A DNA stretch of 64,000 nt. Origin: Flavobacteriales bacterium. GTDB lineage: Bacteria > Bacteroidota > Bacteroidia > Flavobacteriales > BACL11. The position numbers and the translations under genes were made by a program. The stretch is taken from positions 15,711 to 79,710 of the forward strand of contig JAOHSR010000001.1 of the NCBI GenBank assembly GCA_028122735.1, written 5' to 3'. Shown one piece after another: positions 8,894 through 18,646 of the stretch. The stretch's first letter is position 1, and every line of letters starts with the position of its first letter. The notes below the pieces were generated by a model. That model was not told where the DNA came from. It did not search any database and saw only the letters and a list, made by a program, of their open reading frames with translations.

Positions 8894-11659
8894 ATGCAAT
8901 ATAACTTTATAGACATAGAAAAAAAATGGCAAGAATATTGGGCTAAAGAAAAGACTTTTCAAGTTTTTGAGGATAAAAGCAAGGAAAAATTCTATGTTTT
9001 AGATATGTTTCCTTATCCTTCAGGATCTGGATTGCATGTTGGTCATCCTTTAGGTTATATTGCTTCGGATATTTATGCTAGATATAAAAAACATAAGGAT
9101 TTTAATGTTTTGCACCCAATGGGCTATGATTCTTTTGGTTTACCTACAGAACAGTATGCTATTGAAACAGGAATTCATCCAAAAATTGCCACTGAAAAAA
9201 ATTCAAATAGATATAGAGAACAATTAGATAAATTAGGCTTTTCCTTTGATTGGAGTAGAGAAATCAAAACATCTGATCCTAATTACTACAAATGGACACA
9301 GTGGATTTTTAAACAATTATTTAACTCTTATTACTGCAATGTAGAAGACAAGGCTCTTCCTGTAACTAAATTAATTAAGGAATTTGAAAGAAATGGTAAT
9401 TCTTATACCAATGTTGTTTGTAGCGATAATACGCTGTTTTTTTCTTCAATAGACTGGCTAGGATTTTCTGATGAAAAAAAACAAGAAATACTTTTATCAT
9501 ATAGGTTAGCTTATCTGTCAGAAAGCATGGTGAATTGGTGTCCTGAATTAGGAACGGTACTTGCGAATGATGAAGTTAAAGATGGTCGTTCGGAACGAGG
9601 TGGTTTTCTTGTTGAGCAAAAAAAAATGAAGCAATGGTCTTTAAGAATAACTGCTTATGCTGATAGATTAAATGAGGATTTAAATCAACTTGACTGGTCT
9701 GATTCATTAAAAGAAATGCAGCGAAACTGGATTGGCAAGTCCAAAGGGGTTTCTATGAAATTTTCAATAGAAAACAATGAGGTGATTGAGGTTTTTACTA
9801 CACGTCCTGATACGCTTTACGGAGTTAGTTTTCTTGTCTTATCTCCTGAACACAAATTAGTTGATTCACTCATATCAAAAGAAAAAGAAAAATATGTTGC
9901 TGATTATTTATCTATTTCAAAATTAAAATCTGAGAGAGAAAGACAATCAGAAAAAAAAATTAGTGGAGTCTTTACAGGAAGTTATGCTATTCATCCTTTT
10001 ACTAAAACTAAAGTTGAAATTTGGATTGCAGATTATGTGCTTGCCTCATATGGAACCGGCGCTGTTATGGCCGTTCCATGTGGAGATCAAAGAGATTGGC
10101 TATTTGCAAAGCACTACAATATTGAAATTTTAAATATTTTCAAAGGAATAGATATTTCTGAAGCCGCTTATGAAGGTAAAGATGCTATTATATGTAATTC
10201 TGAATTTTTAGATGGTTTAAACTGTCTTGAAGCAATTGATTACTCAATTTCTAAAATCGTAAAATTAGGAATTGGTGAAGAAAAAATAAACTATAGATTA
10301 AGGGACGCTGTCTTTTCAAGGCAGAGATATTGGGGAGAGCCTTTTCCAGTTTATTACAAAAATAATATACCACACATTGTAAAAAATGATGGTCCGGTCA
10401 CCTTGCCCGAAATTGATAAGTATTTACCAACTGAATCTGGGGACCCTCCACTTGCAAGAGCAAATAAAACCGATTGGAATATTTTTGAAGGAGAAAGAAT
10501 GGATACAAATATCATGCCTGGCTGGGCAGGATCTTCATGGTATTTTTTGAGATTCATGGATGCTAATAATGAAAATGAATTTGTTTCTAGAAAAAAATCT
10601 GATTACTGGGGCCAAGTTGATTTGTATATTGGTGGAGCTGAACATGCAGTTGGTCATTTATTATATTCTCGGTTTTGGACAAAATTTCTATACGACAGAG
10701 GATTTATTTCATTTGAAGAGCCATTTAAAAAGTTAATAAATCAAGGGATGATTTTGGGTAGGTCTAATTTTGTGTATAGGCTTAAAGGGTCTAATACTTT
10801 TGTTACGAAGTCACTAAAAAACAATTATGATACATCTAGAATGCATGTAGATATTGATTTGGCAGAAAATGATTACTTAGATATTCCAAGATTTAAAAAA
10901 TGGCGTAATGAGTTTTTGGATGCTGAATTTATTTTAGAAGAAGATGGAAAGTATAAATGTGGTTTTGAAGTTGAAAAAATGTCTAAATCAAAATACAATA
11001 CTCAAACTCCTGATGTGTTAGTTGAAAAGTATGGCGCTGATACATTAAGATTGTATGAAATGTTTTTAGGTCCGCTGGAGCAGTTCAAGCCCTGGGATGT
11101 AAATGGAATAAGTGGAGTTCATAATTTTTTAAGAAAAATATGGAGGCACATACATAATGATGAAAATCAAATTTCATTAACTTCTGAAGTTCCAAGCGAA
11201 GAATCTTTGAAAACTTTACATAAAACAATAAAAAAAGTAGATGAGGATATTCAAAGGTTTTCTTTTAATACTGTTGTTAGCACTATGATGATCTGTTTAA
11301 ATGAATTAATAGATCAAAAATGCAAAAACAAAGAAATATTTTCCGACTTTATAATTCTTTTATCCCCATACGCTCCTCATTTTACTGAAGAAATTTGGCA
11401 AAAGATGGGCAATACCTCATCTTTATCAACGGTTAAATTTCCACAATATAAATCAGAATATTTAATTGAAAATGAAATAAATTACCCTGTATCATTCAAC
11501 GGAAAGATGAGGTTTAAGGTTAGTTTGCCAGCTTCAATGAGTATTAAAGACATTGAAGTATATATCTTAAAGCACGAAAAGACAATTCACTACATTTCTT
11601 CTGCTGAACCTAAACGAATAATAATAGTTCCCCAAAAAATAATCAATATTGTTATTTAA
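8894..11659 (+). CDS. leuS: leucine--tRNA ligase
   Basis: Class I signatures HVGHPLGY (HIGH) and KMSKS are present. The N-terminus MQYNFIDIEKKWQEYW is typical of LeuS. The ORF-track start at 8855 is a TTG extension that I reject. Confidence 0.93.
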   Translation: MQYNFIDIEKKWQEYWAKEKTFQVFEDKSKEKFYVLDMFPYPSGSGLHVGHPLGYIASDIYARYKKHKDFNVLHPMGYDSFGLPTEQYAIETGIHPKIATEKNSNRYREQLDKLGFSFDWSREIKTSDPNYYKWTQWIFKQLFNSYYCNVEDKALPVTKLIKEFERNGNSYTNVVCSDNTLFFSSIDWLGFSDEKKQEILLSYRLAYLSESMVNWCPELGTVLANDEVKDGRSERGGFLVEQKKMKQWSLRITAYADRLNEDLNQLDWSDSLKEMQRNWIGKSKGVSMKFSIENNEVIEVFTTRPDTLYGVSFLVLSPEHKLVDSLISKEKEKYVADYLSISKLKSERERQSEKKISGVFTGSYAIHPFTKTKVEIWIADYVLASYGTGAVMAVPCGDQRDWLFAKHYNIEILNIFKGIDISEAAYEGKDAIICNSEFLDGLNCLEAIDYSISKIVKLGIGEEKINYRLRDAVFSRQRYWGEPFPVYYKNNIPHIVKNDGPVTLPEIDKYLPTESGDPPLARANKTDWNIFEGERMDTNIMPGWAGSSWYFLRFMDANNENEFVSRKKSDYWGQVDLYIGGAEHAVGHLLYSRFWTKFLYDRGFISFEEPFKKLINQGMILGRSNFVYRLKGSNTFVTKSLKNNYDTSRMHVDIDLAENDYLDIPRFKKWRNEFLDAEFILEEDGKYKCGFEVEKMSKSKYNTQTPDVLVEKYGADTLRLYEMFLGPLEQFKPWDVNGISGVHNFLRKIWRHIHNDENQISLTSEVPSEESLKTLHKTIKKVDEDIQRFSFNTVVSTMMICLNELIDQKCKNKEIFSDFIILLSPYAPHFTEEIWQKMGNTSSLSTVKFPQYKSEYLIENEINYPVSFNGKMRFKVSLPASMSIKDIEVYILKHEKTIHYISSAEPKRIIIVPQKIINIVI

Positions 11660-11668
11660 TTTTCTGAA

Positions 11669-12472
11669 TTGAATCATCTAATAATTTTTTTTTTAAATAG
11701 TAAGATTTTTATTTCTCTTTGTGTTTTATGCCTTGCCTTATCGACTCAATTTGTTGTTGGAGTATATAACTTAAATTTACTTTTAATAATCTTTTTTGGA
11801 ACATTCTTGTCTTACAATTATCAAAGAATAATATTTCATTTGAAGTTAAAGAAAAAACTCTTTAATTCATGGTTCGTAAGAAATAATAAATTAGTTTTTT
11901 TAATAGTTGCAGCTGCAACAATATTCTTGTTTTGTTTTTTTAAGCTTAAAAATATTACTAAGTTAATGGTGATTTTAGTTTCATCAGTTTCTTTATTTTA
12001 TCCAATACTTAGGAAAATACCTCTTTTAAAAATCTTCCTTATTTCTTTTTCTTGGGCATTTTCGACAGTTGCATTAATTTATTTTGAAAATAATTTAGAT
12101 TTTAATCAGAGTTATTACGTTTCTATTATTTCACGTACATGCTTCATACTAGCAATTACTATACCTTTTGATATAAGGGATATTGAGCACGATAGATTTA
12201 AACTCAATACTATTCCTTTAGTTTTTGGAGTAGAAGTAGCAAAAAAAATTGCTTTAACTTTTTTAGCTCTTTATTTATGTATTGAGTACTATTTGTATCT
12301 TCAGGATTTTGCTTTTAATTTTATAATATCTACAAGCTTATGTTTTTTATACTCTTTCTTTATTGTAAAAAATCTTAATAAAAATGTAGGTGATTATTAC
12401 TACTCATTTTGGTTGGAGTCATGTTCAATTTCCCTTTTATTTTTTTTAATAATTACATCAATCTTGTTATAA
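11669..12472 (+). CDS. polytopic membrane protein, UbiA-prenyltransferase-like with only one recognisable Asp-rich loop
   Basis: 267 aa with about 8 hydrophobic helices and a TTG start. PFDIRDIEHD resembles the second UbiA DxxDxxxD motif. I could not find a first NDxxDxxxD motif. Confidence 0.4.
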   Translation: MNHLIIFFLNSKIFISLCVLCLALSTQFVVGVYNLNLLLIIFFGTFLSYNYQRIIFHLKLKKKLFNSWFVRNNKLVFLIVAAATIFLFCFFKLKNITKLMVILVSSVSLFYPILRKIPLLKIFLISFSWAFSTVALIYFENNLDFNQSYYVSIISRTCFILAITIPFDIRDIEHDRFKLNTIPLVFGVEVAKKIALTFLALYLCIEYYLYLQDFAFNFIISTSLCFLYSFFIVKNLNKNVGDYYYSFWLESCSISLLFFLIITSILL

Positions 12473-12510
12473 AATATCTTACTATATTTACTCCAGTTAA
12501 AACACTACAA

Positions 12511-13608
12511 ATGTCTAAAAAAAACTCTTCTGTTCATTACAATGAGTATTTGGATCTTGATAAAATACTTGATGCTCAAACCCCACTAAGTAAGGCTGGA
12601 AATAATGAGGCTCATGAAGAAATGCTTTTTATTATTATTCATCAAACTTATGAGTTGTGGTTTAAGCAAATTATTCACGAAATAGATTCTGTAATGGCTT
12701 TACTTAGTACGCAGAAAATGGATGAGGGAAATGTTGGTTTGGTAGTTGGTAGATTTGAAAGGGTAAATAAGATACTAGAAGTTTTGGTTAAGCAGTTAGA
12801 TATTTTAGAAACTATGACTGCTCTTGATTTTTTAGATTTTAGAAATTATTTGTCCCCTGCCTCTGGCTTTCAATCTCATCAATTTCGTAAAATTGAAGTG
12901 ATGTTAGGTCTTAAAATCGATAAGCGTCACCAATTTGGAGGATGCCCATATCATGATCAATTTATTGGTGAAAAGAAAGATGAAATATTAGAAATTGAAA
13001 AGGATACCTCTCTATTCGCTTTAGTTGAAAAATGGTTAGAAAGAATACCATTTTTAAATATGGAGGGGTATGACTTTGTGGATCAGTACAAGTCTTCCGT
13101 TGTTAAAATGCTTAAAAATGAAATAGCTGTAATTAATGCTTCGGGACTTAGTGAAAGCGACAAGATGATTAGGGTGAAAATGATAGAAGAAAATAGAAAA
13201 TATTTTGATAATATTTTTGATGAAAAGAATCATTTAAAATCAATTGAAAATGGATTAACTAAATTATCATACAAGGCTACTATGTCAGCATTATTAATCA
13301 ACCTTTATCGTGAACAGCCAATACTACAACTGCCGTACAAGTTTTTACGTCAACTTGTTGAAACGGATCACAAGATTTCATTGTGGAGATTTAGACATGT
13401 TCAAATGGTTGAAAAAATGTTAGGTCAAAAAATTGGAACTGGAGGCTCATCTGGACAAGGGTATTTAAAGAAAACTGTTGATCAGCATAGATTGTTTGAG
13501 GATATTGCAAATATTGCTACCCTTATGATTTCAAGAGAATATCTTCCCGAGCTCCCAAAAAATATTAAACAAAAATTGAGTTTTAATTTTACTAACAAAA
13601 AAATATGA
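12511..13608 (+). CDS. kynA: tryptophan 2,3-dioxygenase
   Basis: TDO-like throughout (YNEYLDLDKILDAQ, FRKIEVMLG, GTGGSSGQGYL). I prefer ATG 12511. The first 34 codons of the ORF-track start (12409) overlap the preceding gene. Confidence 0.88.
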   Translation: MSKKNSSVHYNEYLDLDKILDAQTPLSKAGNNEAHEEMLFIIIHQTYELWFKQIIHEIDSVMALLSTQKMDEGNVGLVVGRFERVNKILEVLVKQLDILETMTALDFLDFRNYLSPASGFQSHQFRKIEVMLGLKIDKRHQFGGCPYHDQFIGEKKDEILEIEKDTSLFALVEKWLERIPFLNMEGYDFVDQYKSSVVKMLKNEIAVINASGLSESDKMIRVKMIEENRKYFDNIFDEKNHLKSIENGLTKLSYKATMSALLINLYREQPILQLPYKFLRQLVETDHKISLWRFRHVQMVEKMLGQKIGTGGSSGQGYLKKTVDQHRLFEDIANIATLMISREYLPELPKNIKQKLSFNFTNKKI

Positions 13609-14381
13609 ATTTAGGATTAAGAAATAAAAAAGCTATTGTTTGTGGTAGTACTCAAGGAATTGGGAAATCTATTGCTGAGGAGTTGGCTTTACAAGGAGTG
13701 AGCATTACTTTAATTGCAAGAAATCAGAATGCCCTTGAGGAAGTTACCTCTTCATTAGATGTATCATTAGGCCAAAAACATGATTTCTTATGTGTTGATT
13801 TTTCTGCAAATAACTTTTCAGAGAGAATAAATTCTTTGACCCAGGATTATGATATCTTAATTAATAATACAGGAGGCCCTGCTTCAGGTCCAATTACTGA
13901 TGCGCAACCAGCAGATTTTGAAAATGCATTTAAAATGCATTTATTAAACAATCAAATTTTAGTTAAAAAAGTTGTTGAGGGAATGAAGAAAAATTCTTTT
14001 GGTCGGATAATAAATATCATCTCAACTTCTGTCAAAGCTCCAATTCCTGGTCTTGGGGTTTCTAATACTATTAGAGCAGCTGTAGCAAATTGGGCTAAAA
14101 CACTTTCTTTGGAATTAGGAATATATGGAGTCACAGTGAATAATGTATTGCCTGGATTTACAAATACTAATAGATTAAATTCTTTAATAAATAAGAAAGC
14201 AGAAGTGCAGGGAAAATCTATTGATGAAGTTGCGTCGCAAATGAAAAAATCTGTACCAATGAATAGGTTTGGTAATTCTAATGAAGTAGCTAATGCAGTT
14301 GTGTTCCTTAGTTCGATAAAAGCAAGTTATATAAATGGAATAAATTTACCTGTTGATGGTGGCAGAACAGCAAGTTTGTAG
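13605..14381 (+). CDS. short-chain dehydrogenase/reductase family protein with non-canonical active site
   Basis: 258 aa with a Rossmann loop (GSTQGIGKSIA), NNTGG and VNNVLPGF. In an ungapped comparison with E. coli FabG, recalled from memory, the YxxxK positions read S-N-T-I-R. The start overlaps the kynA stop (ATGA). Confidence 0.75.
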   Translation: MNLGLRNKKAIVCGSTQGIGKSIAEELALQGVSITLIARNQNALEEVTSSLDVSLGQKHDFLCVDFSANNFSERINSLTQDYDILINNTGGPASGPITDAQPADFENAFKMHLLNNQILVKKVVEGMKKNSFGRIINIISTSVKAPIPGLGVSNTIRAAVANWAKTLSLELGIYGVTVNNVLPGFTNTNRLNSLINKKAEVQGKSIDEVASQMKKSVPMNRFGNSNEVANAVVFLSSIKASYINGINLPVDGGRTASL

Positions 14382-14383
14382 AA

Positions 14384-15826
14384 ATGGAAAAAATAAAAAA
14401 TTATATTAACGGAGAGTTAGTTGAGCCAAGTTCAGGAAAATATATTGATAATTATAATCCTGCTTCCGGCAAAGTTTATTCATTAATACCAGATAGTAAT
14501 GAAAATGACATCAATACTGCAGTATTAGCTGCGAAAAATGCTTTTCAAAGCTGGAGTAAAACATCCAAGAAATACAGATCTGACCTTTTAATGCGTCTTG
14601 CTTCAAGAATAGAAGATTATTCAGAGGAGCTCATTATTGCAGAAAGTAGAGATAATGGTAAGCCCGAATCTTTAGCTCGCTTAGTTGACATTCCAAGAGC
14701 TTCAGAAAATTTTAGGTTTTTTGCTACTGCAATTTTACACTTTTCTTCTGAACTGCATGATATGGATGGTAGGGCTTTGAATTATACATTACGAGAACCT
14801 ATTGGTGTTGCAGCATGTATTTCTCCTTGGAATTTACCCCTTTATTTATTGACATGGAAAATAGCTCCTGCTTTAGCAGCTGGAAATACAGTAGTTGCAA
14901 AACCCTCAGAGGTTACACCAATGTCTGCTTATATTTTAAGCAAGATATGTGCAGAGATCGATTTTCCACCAGGAGTATTAAATATTGTTCATGGTTTAGG
15001 GAGTAAAATTGGGGATTCTCTTACTGGTCATGAAGATACCCCTATAGTTTCATTTACGGGCGGTACTCAAACAGGAAGACATATTGCGGGAATTGCCTCT
15101 CCAATGTTTAAGAAAATTTCTTTAGAATTAGGTGGAAAAAATCCTAATATTGTTTTTGCAGATGCAAATTTTGATAAAGCAGTTTCAATGGCAGTAAAAG
15201 CTGGTTTTTCTAACCAGGGTCAAATTTGCTTATGTGGTTCAAGACTATTTATTGAAGATGGAATTTATGAAAAATTTAAAAAAGCATTAATTGAAAAGGT
15301 GTCAAAATTAAAAGTTGGTGATCCACAAGATAATGATGTTGATTTAGGAGCTGTGGTTTCTAAGGAACACATGAATAAAGTATTATCAAAAATTACTCTA
15401 GCAAAAAAACTGGGTGGAAATATTTTAATTGGAGGAAATCGTAAATTAATAGAAGGTGATTTATCAAATGGTTATTATATTGAGCCAACCGTTATTGAAA
15501 ATCTATCATTTGACTGTGAAGTTAACCAAGAAGAAATCTTTGGCCCTGTATTAACTTTGATTCCATTTAAGGGTGAAGAAGAAGTTATTAGTATGGCAAA
15601 TTCAACAAAATATGGTCTTTCAGCTAGTATATTTACTGAAAATTTAAGCAAAGGTCATAGAGTAGCTGCTGCTGTTAAATCAGGAGTTGTTTGGATTAAT
15701 ACTTGGCTCTTAAGAGATTTACGTATTCCATTTGGAGGTATGAAACAGTCTGGAGTTGGGAGAGAGGGAGGTTTTAAATCACTACAATTTTTTACCGAAC
15801 CTAAAAATGTTTGTGTTAAAATTTAA
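14384..15826 (+). CDS. NAD-dependent aldehyde dehydrogenase, by context 2-aminomuconate-6-semialdehyde dehydrogenase
   Basis: 480 aa. Contains the ALDH glutamate motif ELGGKNP and the catalytic Cys context NQGQICLCGSR. The subfamily is inferred from operon context. Confidence 0.75.
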   Translation: MEKIKNYINGELVEPSSGKYIDNYNPASGKVYSLIPDSNENDINTAVLAAKNAFQSWSKTSKKYRSDLLMRLASRIEDYSEELIIAESRDNGKPESLARLVDIPRASENFRFFATAILHFSSELHDMDGRALNYTLREPIGVAACISPWNLPLYLLTWKIAPALAAGNTVVAKPSEVTPMSAYILSKICAEIDFPPGVLNIVHGLGSKIGDSLTGHEDTPIVSFTGGTQTGRHIAGIASPMFKKISLELGGKNPNIVFADANFDKAVSMAVKAGFSNQGQICLCGSRLFIEDGIYEKFKKALIEKVSKLKVGDPQDNDVDLGAVVSKEHMNKVLSKITLAKKLGGNILIGGNRKLIEGDLSNGYYIEPTVIENLSFDCEVNQEEIFGPVLTLIPFKGEEEVISMANSTKYGLSASIFTENLSKGHRVAAAVKSGVVWINTWLLRDLRIPFGGMKQSGVGREGGFKSLQFFTEPKNVCVKI

Positions 15827-15829
15827 AAT

Positions 15830-16246
15830 ATGAATGGAGAAAAATATAACAGTAAAAGAGCTCCACAAGCAGTCGGTCTATATCCACATGCTAGAAAAGT
15901 TGGTAATCTTTTATTTCTTTCTGGAGTTGGCCCTAGAGCTGTAAATGAACAAAAAATACCCGGAGTTAAATTAAATAAAGAAGGTGGAATAGCAAGTTAT
16001 GATATAGCAAAACAATGTCACTCTGTATTTAACAATGTTAAATATATTTTAGAAGATGCTGGCTCATCATGGGACAATATTATAGATGTTCAGGTTTTCT
16101 TAACCAATATGAAAGATGATTTTAAAATATATAATAAAATATATGCTGAATACTTTAATGAGAATCAACCTTGTAGAACTACTGTTGAGATAAATGCACT
16201 GCCAACCCCAATTGCAATTGAATTAAAAATAATAGCAACAATTTAA
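15830..16246 (+). CDS. RidA/YjgF-family deaminase, by context 2-aminomuconate deaminase
   Basis: 138 aa. YjgF-fold hallmarks are present (GNLLFLSGVG, C-terminal IAIELKIIA). The known 2-aminomuconate deaminases AmnD and NbaF belong to this family. Confidence 0.65.
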   Translation: MNGEKYNSKRAPQAVGLYPHARKVGNLLFLSGVGPRAVNEQKIPGVKLNKEGGIASYDIAKQCHSVFNNVKYILEDAGSSWDNIIDVQVFLTNMKDDFKIYNKIYAEYFNENQPCRTTVEINALPTPIAIELKIIATI

Positions 16247-16258
16247 AACATAAAAATT

Positions 16259-16795
16259 ATGAGTAAAATAAAACCCCCCTTTAACTTACAGAAATGGATT
16301 GATGATAACAGACACTTATTAAAACCACCTGTAGGAAACAAAAATTTATACGTAGAATCAGAGGATTATATTGTTATGATTGTGGCTGGTCCTAATGCAA
16401 GAAAAGATTACCACTATAATGAAACAGAAGAGTTATTTTATCAAATTGAAGGAGATATTGTTGTAAAAACACAACAAAATGGTAAGTTGGTAGAATATCC
16501 AATTAGAGAAGGCGAGATGTTTCTATTACCTCCAAAAGTACCACATTCTCCTGTTAGATCAGCAGGTTCAATTGGATTAGTCATAGAAAGAAAAAGAAAG
16601 GAAAATGATAAAGATGGTTTGATGTGGTTCTCAGATACTGCCAATGAATTATTGTATGAAGAGTATTTTAAATTAACCAATGTGGAAAAGGATTTTTTCC
16701 CGGTCTTTAAGAGATTCTATTCAGACGAAAAGCTTAGAACATGCCCAAAAACGGGAGAGGTGATGGAAGCTGATGAGCGATATATAGGTAAATAA
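16259..16795 (+). CDS. 3-hydroxyanthranilate 3,4-dioxygenase
   Basis: 178-aa cupin. Metal-ligand segments are HYNETEELFYQIEG and KVPHSPVR. Size and N-terminus (FNLQKWIDDN) are typical of HAAO. Confidence 0.85.
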   Translation: MSKIKPPFNLQKWIDDNRHLLKPPVGNKNLYVESEDYIVMIVAGPNARKDYHYNETEELFYQIEGDIVVKTQQNGKLVEYPIREGEMFLLPPKVPHSPVRSAGSIGLVIERKRKENDKDGLMWFSDTANELLYEEYFKLTNVEKDFFPVFKRFYSDEKLRTCPKTGEVMEADERYIGK

Positions 16796-16805
16796 AAAAT
16801 TCAAT

Positions 16806-17846
16806 ATGAGAATAAATGGTCATGGTCATATATTACCTGAGCCATCTCAAATCCCTAAGTTTTTAAAGGATAAGAGGCTGTTTTGGATTGATGAAGATAA
16901 AAAGTTCATGAGACAGGGTGAATGGTCAAGACCTATTAATGGTTCTGGTTTTTTCTTAAAAGAAAAAATTGAATGGATGAAGCAGAATAATATTGATCAT
17001 GCTGTTATGTTATGTCTGTCTCAGTTATATTGTAACGGTTGGGAAGAAAAAGATTGTGCAGATGCAATTCGTTTTCAAAATGATTTTAATGCTTCTATCC
17101 AAAGGGATTATCCACAAAAGTTTACATGCGGTTTTGTTGTGCAGCCATTATATATTGATCATGCTTTAAAGGAAATTGACAGATGTGTAAATGAGCTTGG
17201 TTTGAAATTACTTTGTTTACCTACACATTTTGTAAATTCTAAAGGTGAATGGTTATCAATTGCGGAAGCTGAAGTTGATCCAATTTTTGAATTAGCTAAT
17301 AAATATAAATTAGCAATTCAAATCCACCCATATGATGGTGAGAAAATGATTGCATTAAAAAATTCATACTGGAGATTTCATTTGATTTGGATGATGGCGC
17401 AATGCGCAGATACCCTTCATCTTTTTACTTTGAGGGACTTACCAAACAAATATCCAAATATAAGAACATGTTTCGCGCACGGAGGAATGTTAGGTATGGC
17501 TAATTATGGCAGGAGAATTCAAGGATTTGACGGTCGTCCCGATATCTTTGAGGAGTTACAAGACCCAAGAAAAACACTAGGTCATAAAAACTTGTATTTC
17601 GATACTTTAGTACACGATTCTCATACTTTAGACTTACTAAAAAAACGTGTAGGATCTAGTCAAATTATAATGGGTTTAGACGATCCATTTCCATTAGGTG
17701 AGATGGAAGGAGTAGGGACTTCTTATCCTGGTAGAGTTTTAGATTACGCTGTGGAGATTGGGGTTTTAACCCAACAGCAGGGTAAGGATATATGGCATAA
17801 AAATGTATTAAATTGGTTGAATTTAAATCAAGAATATTTTAAATAA
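16806..17846 (+). CDS. 2-amino-3-carboxymuconate-6-semialdehyde decarboxylase (amidohydrolase_2 family)
   Basis: 346 aa. Has the N-terminal HxH site (INGHGHILP), IHPYDG, FAHGG and DDPFPLGE, as in ACMSD-type decarboxylases. Confidence 0.8.
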   Translation: MRINGHGHILPEPSQIPKFLKDKRLFWIDEDKKFMRQGEWSRPINGSGFFLKEKIEWMKQNNIDHAVMLCLSQLYCNGWEEKDCADAIRFQNDFNASIQRDYPQKFTCGFVVQPLYIDHALKEIDRCVNELGLKLLCLPTHFVNSKGEWLSIAEAEVDPIFELANKYKLAIQIHPYDGEKMIALKNSYWRFHLIWMMAQCADTLHLFTLRDLPNKYPNIRTCFAHGGMLGMANYGRRIQGFDGRPDIFEELQDPRKTLGHKNLYFDTLVHDSHTLDLLKKRVGSSQIIMGLDDPFPLGEMEGVGTSYPGRVLDYAVEIGVLTQQQGKDIWHKNVLNWLNLNQEYFK

Positions 17847-18646
17847 TGGATGCAAAATTTCTTATTGACAACAAAGGCTATACATTAGATTTTTCAAAAT
17901 TTCATGATTTATCTATTCCAATAAACTTTAATGGGGAACAGCCTAACACTTATGGTGTTGATAAAGCAATATCAACTGCTTATGAAGATGGTAAATTCAT
18001 TGGAGACACAAGAAAAGGAGGTCCATGTAATTTCGAAACTTATTCTATTACCCCTCACTGTAATGGCACGCACACCGAATGTATTGGGCATATCACTGAC
18101 GAAAGAATTTCTATTTTATCCTCCTTAAATTCAGCTTTATTTCCAAGTACTCTAATTAGTGTTTTGCCAAAATCAAATCAAGAAACATATATTCCTAAAA
18201 TTGAAGCTAGTGATCTTTTAATCACAAAGGAGAGTTTAGAGAAAAAATTAAATGACGTATCAGATGCTTTTTTAGAGGGTTTGATTATTAGAACTTTACC
18301 AAATCTTGAGTCCAAAAAATCTATTGATTACATGAAACAAAAGCCTTCTTTTTTCACTTTAGAGGCTATGAAATACATAAGAAGCAGGGGTGTAAAGCAT
18401 TTAATGGTTGATATACCATCAGTAGACAGATTGTTTGATGATGGACATCTGAGTTGTCATAATATCTTTTGGGATACATCATCTAAAAAATTAAATACAG
18501 CTGCAATTCATTTCACAATTACAGAAATGATTTATGTAGATAATAATATTTGTGATGGTTCTTACTTTACTAATCTGCAAATACCAGCTTTTAATTCAGA
18601 TGCTGCTCCAAGTCGCCCAATAATTTTTAGTATAAATGAATTATAA
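17846..18646 (+). CDS. kynB: cyclase-family protein, candidate kynurenine formamidase with divergent metal motif
   Basis: 266 aa. HCNGTHTECIGH stands where KynB-type enzymes carry HxGTHxDxPxH. It sits between ACMSD and kynureninase in the operon. The ATG shares one nucleotide with the preceding stop (TAATG). Confidence 0.6.
   Translation: MDAKFLIDNKGYTLDFSKFHDLSIPINFNGEQPNTYGVDKAISTAYEDGKFIGDTRKGGPCNFETYSITPHCNGTHTECIGHITDERISILSSLNSALFPSTLISVLPKSNQETYIPKIEASDLLITKESLEKKLNDVSDAFLEGLIIRTLPNLESKKSIDYMKQKPSFFTLEAMKYIRSRGVKHLMVDIPSVDRLFDDGHLSCHNIFWDTSSKKLNTAAIHFTITEMIYVDNNICDGSYFTNLQIPAFNSDAAPSRPIIFSINEL

Noticed and set aside
12409-12510. An upstream extension of the tryptophan dioxygenase ORF, overlapping the end of the UbiA-like gene.
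   Set aside because: The extra 34 codons are hydrophobic read-through in another frame of the preceding membrane-protein gene. TDO homology begins at MSKKNSSVHYNEYLDLD (ATG 12511).
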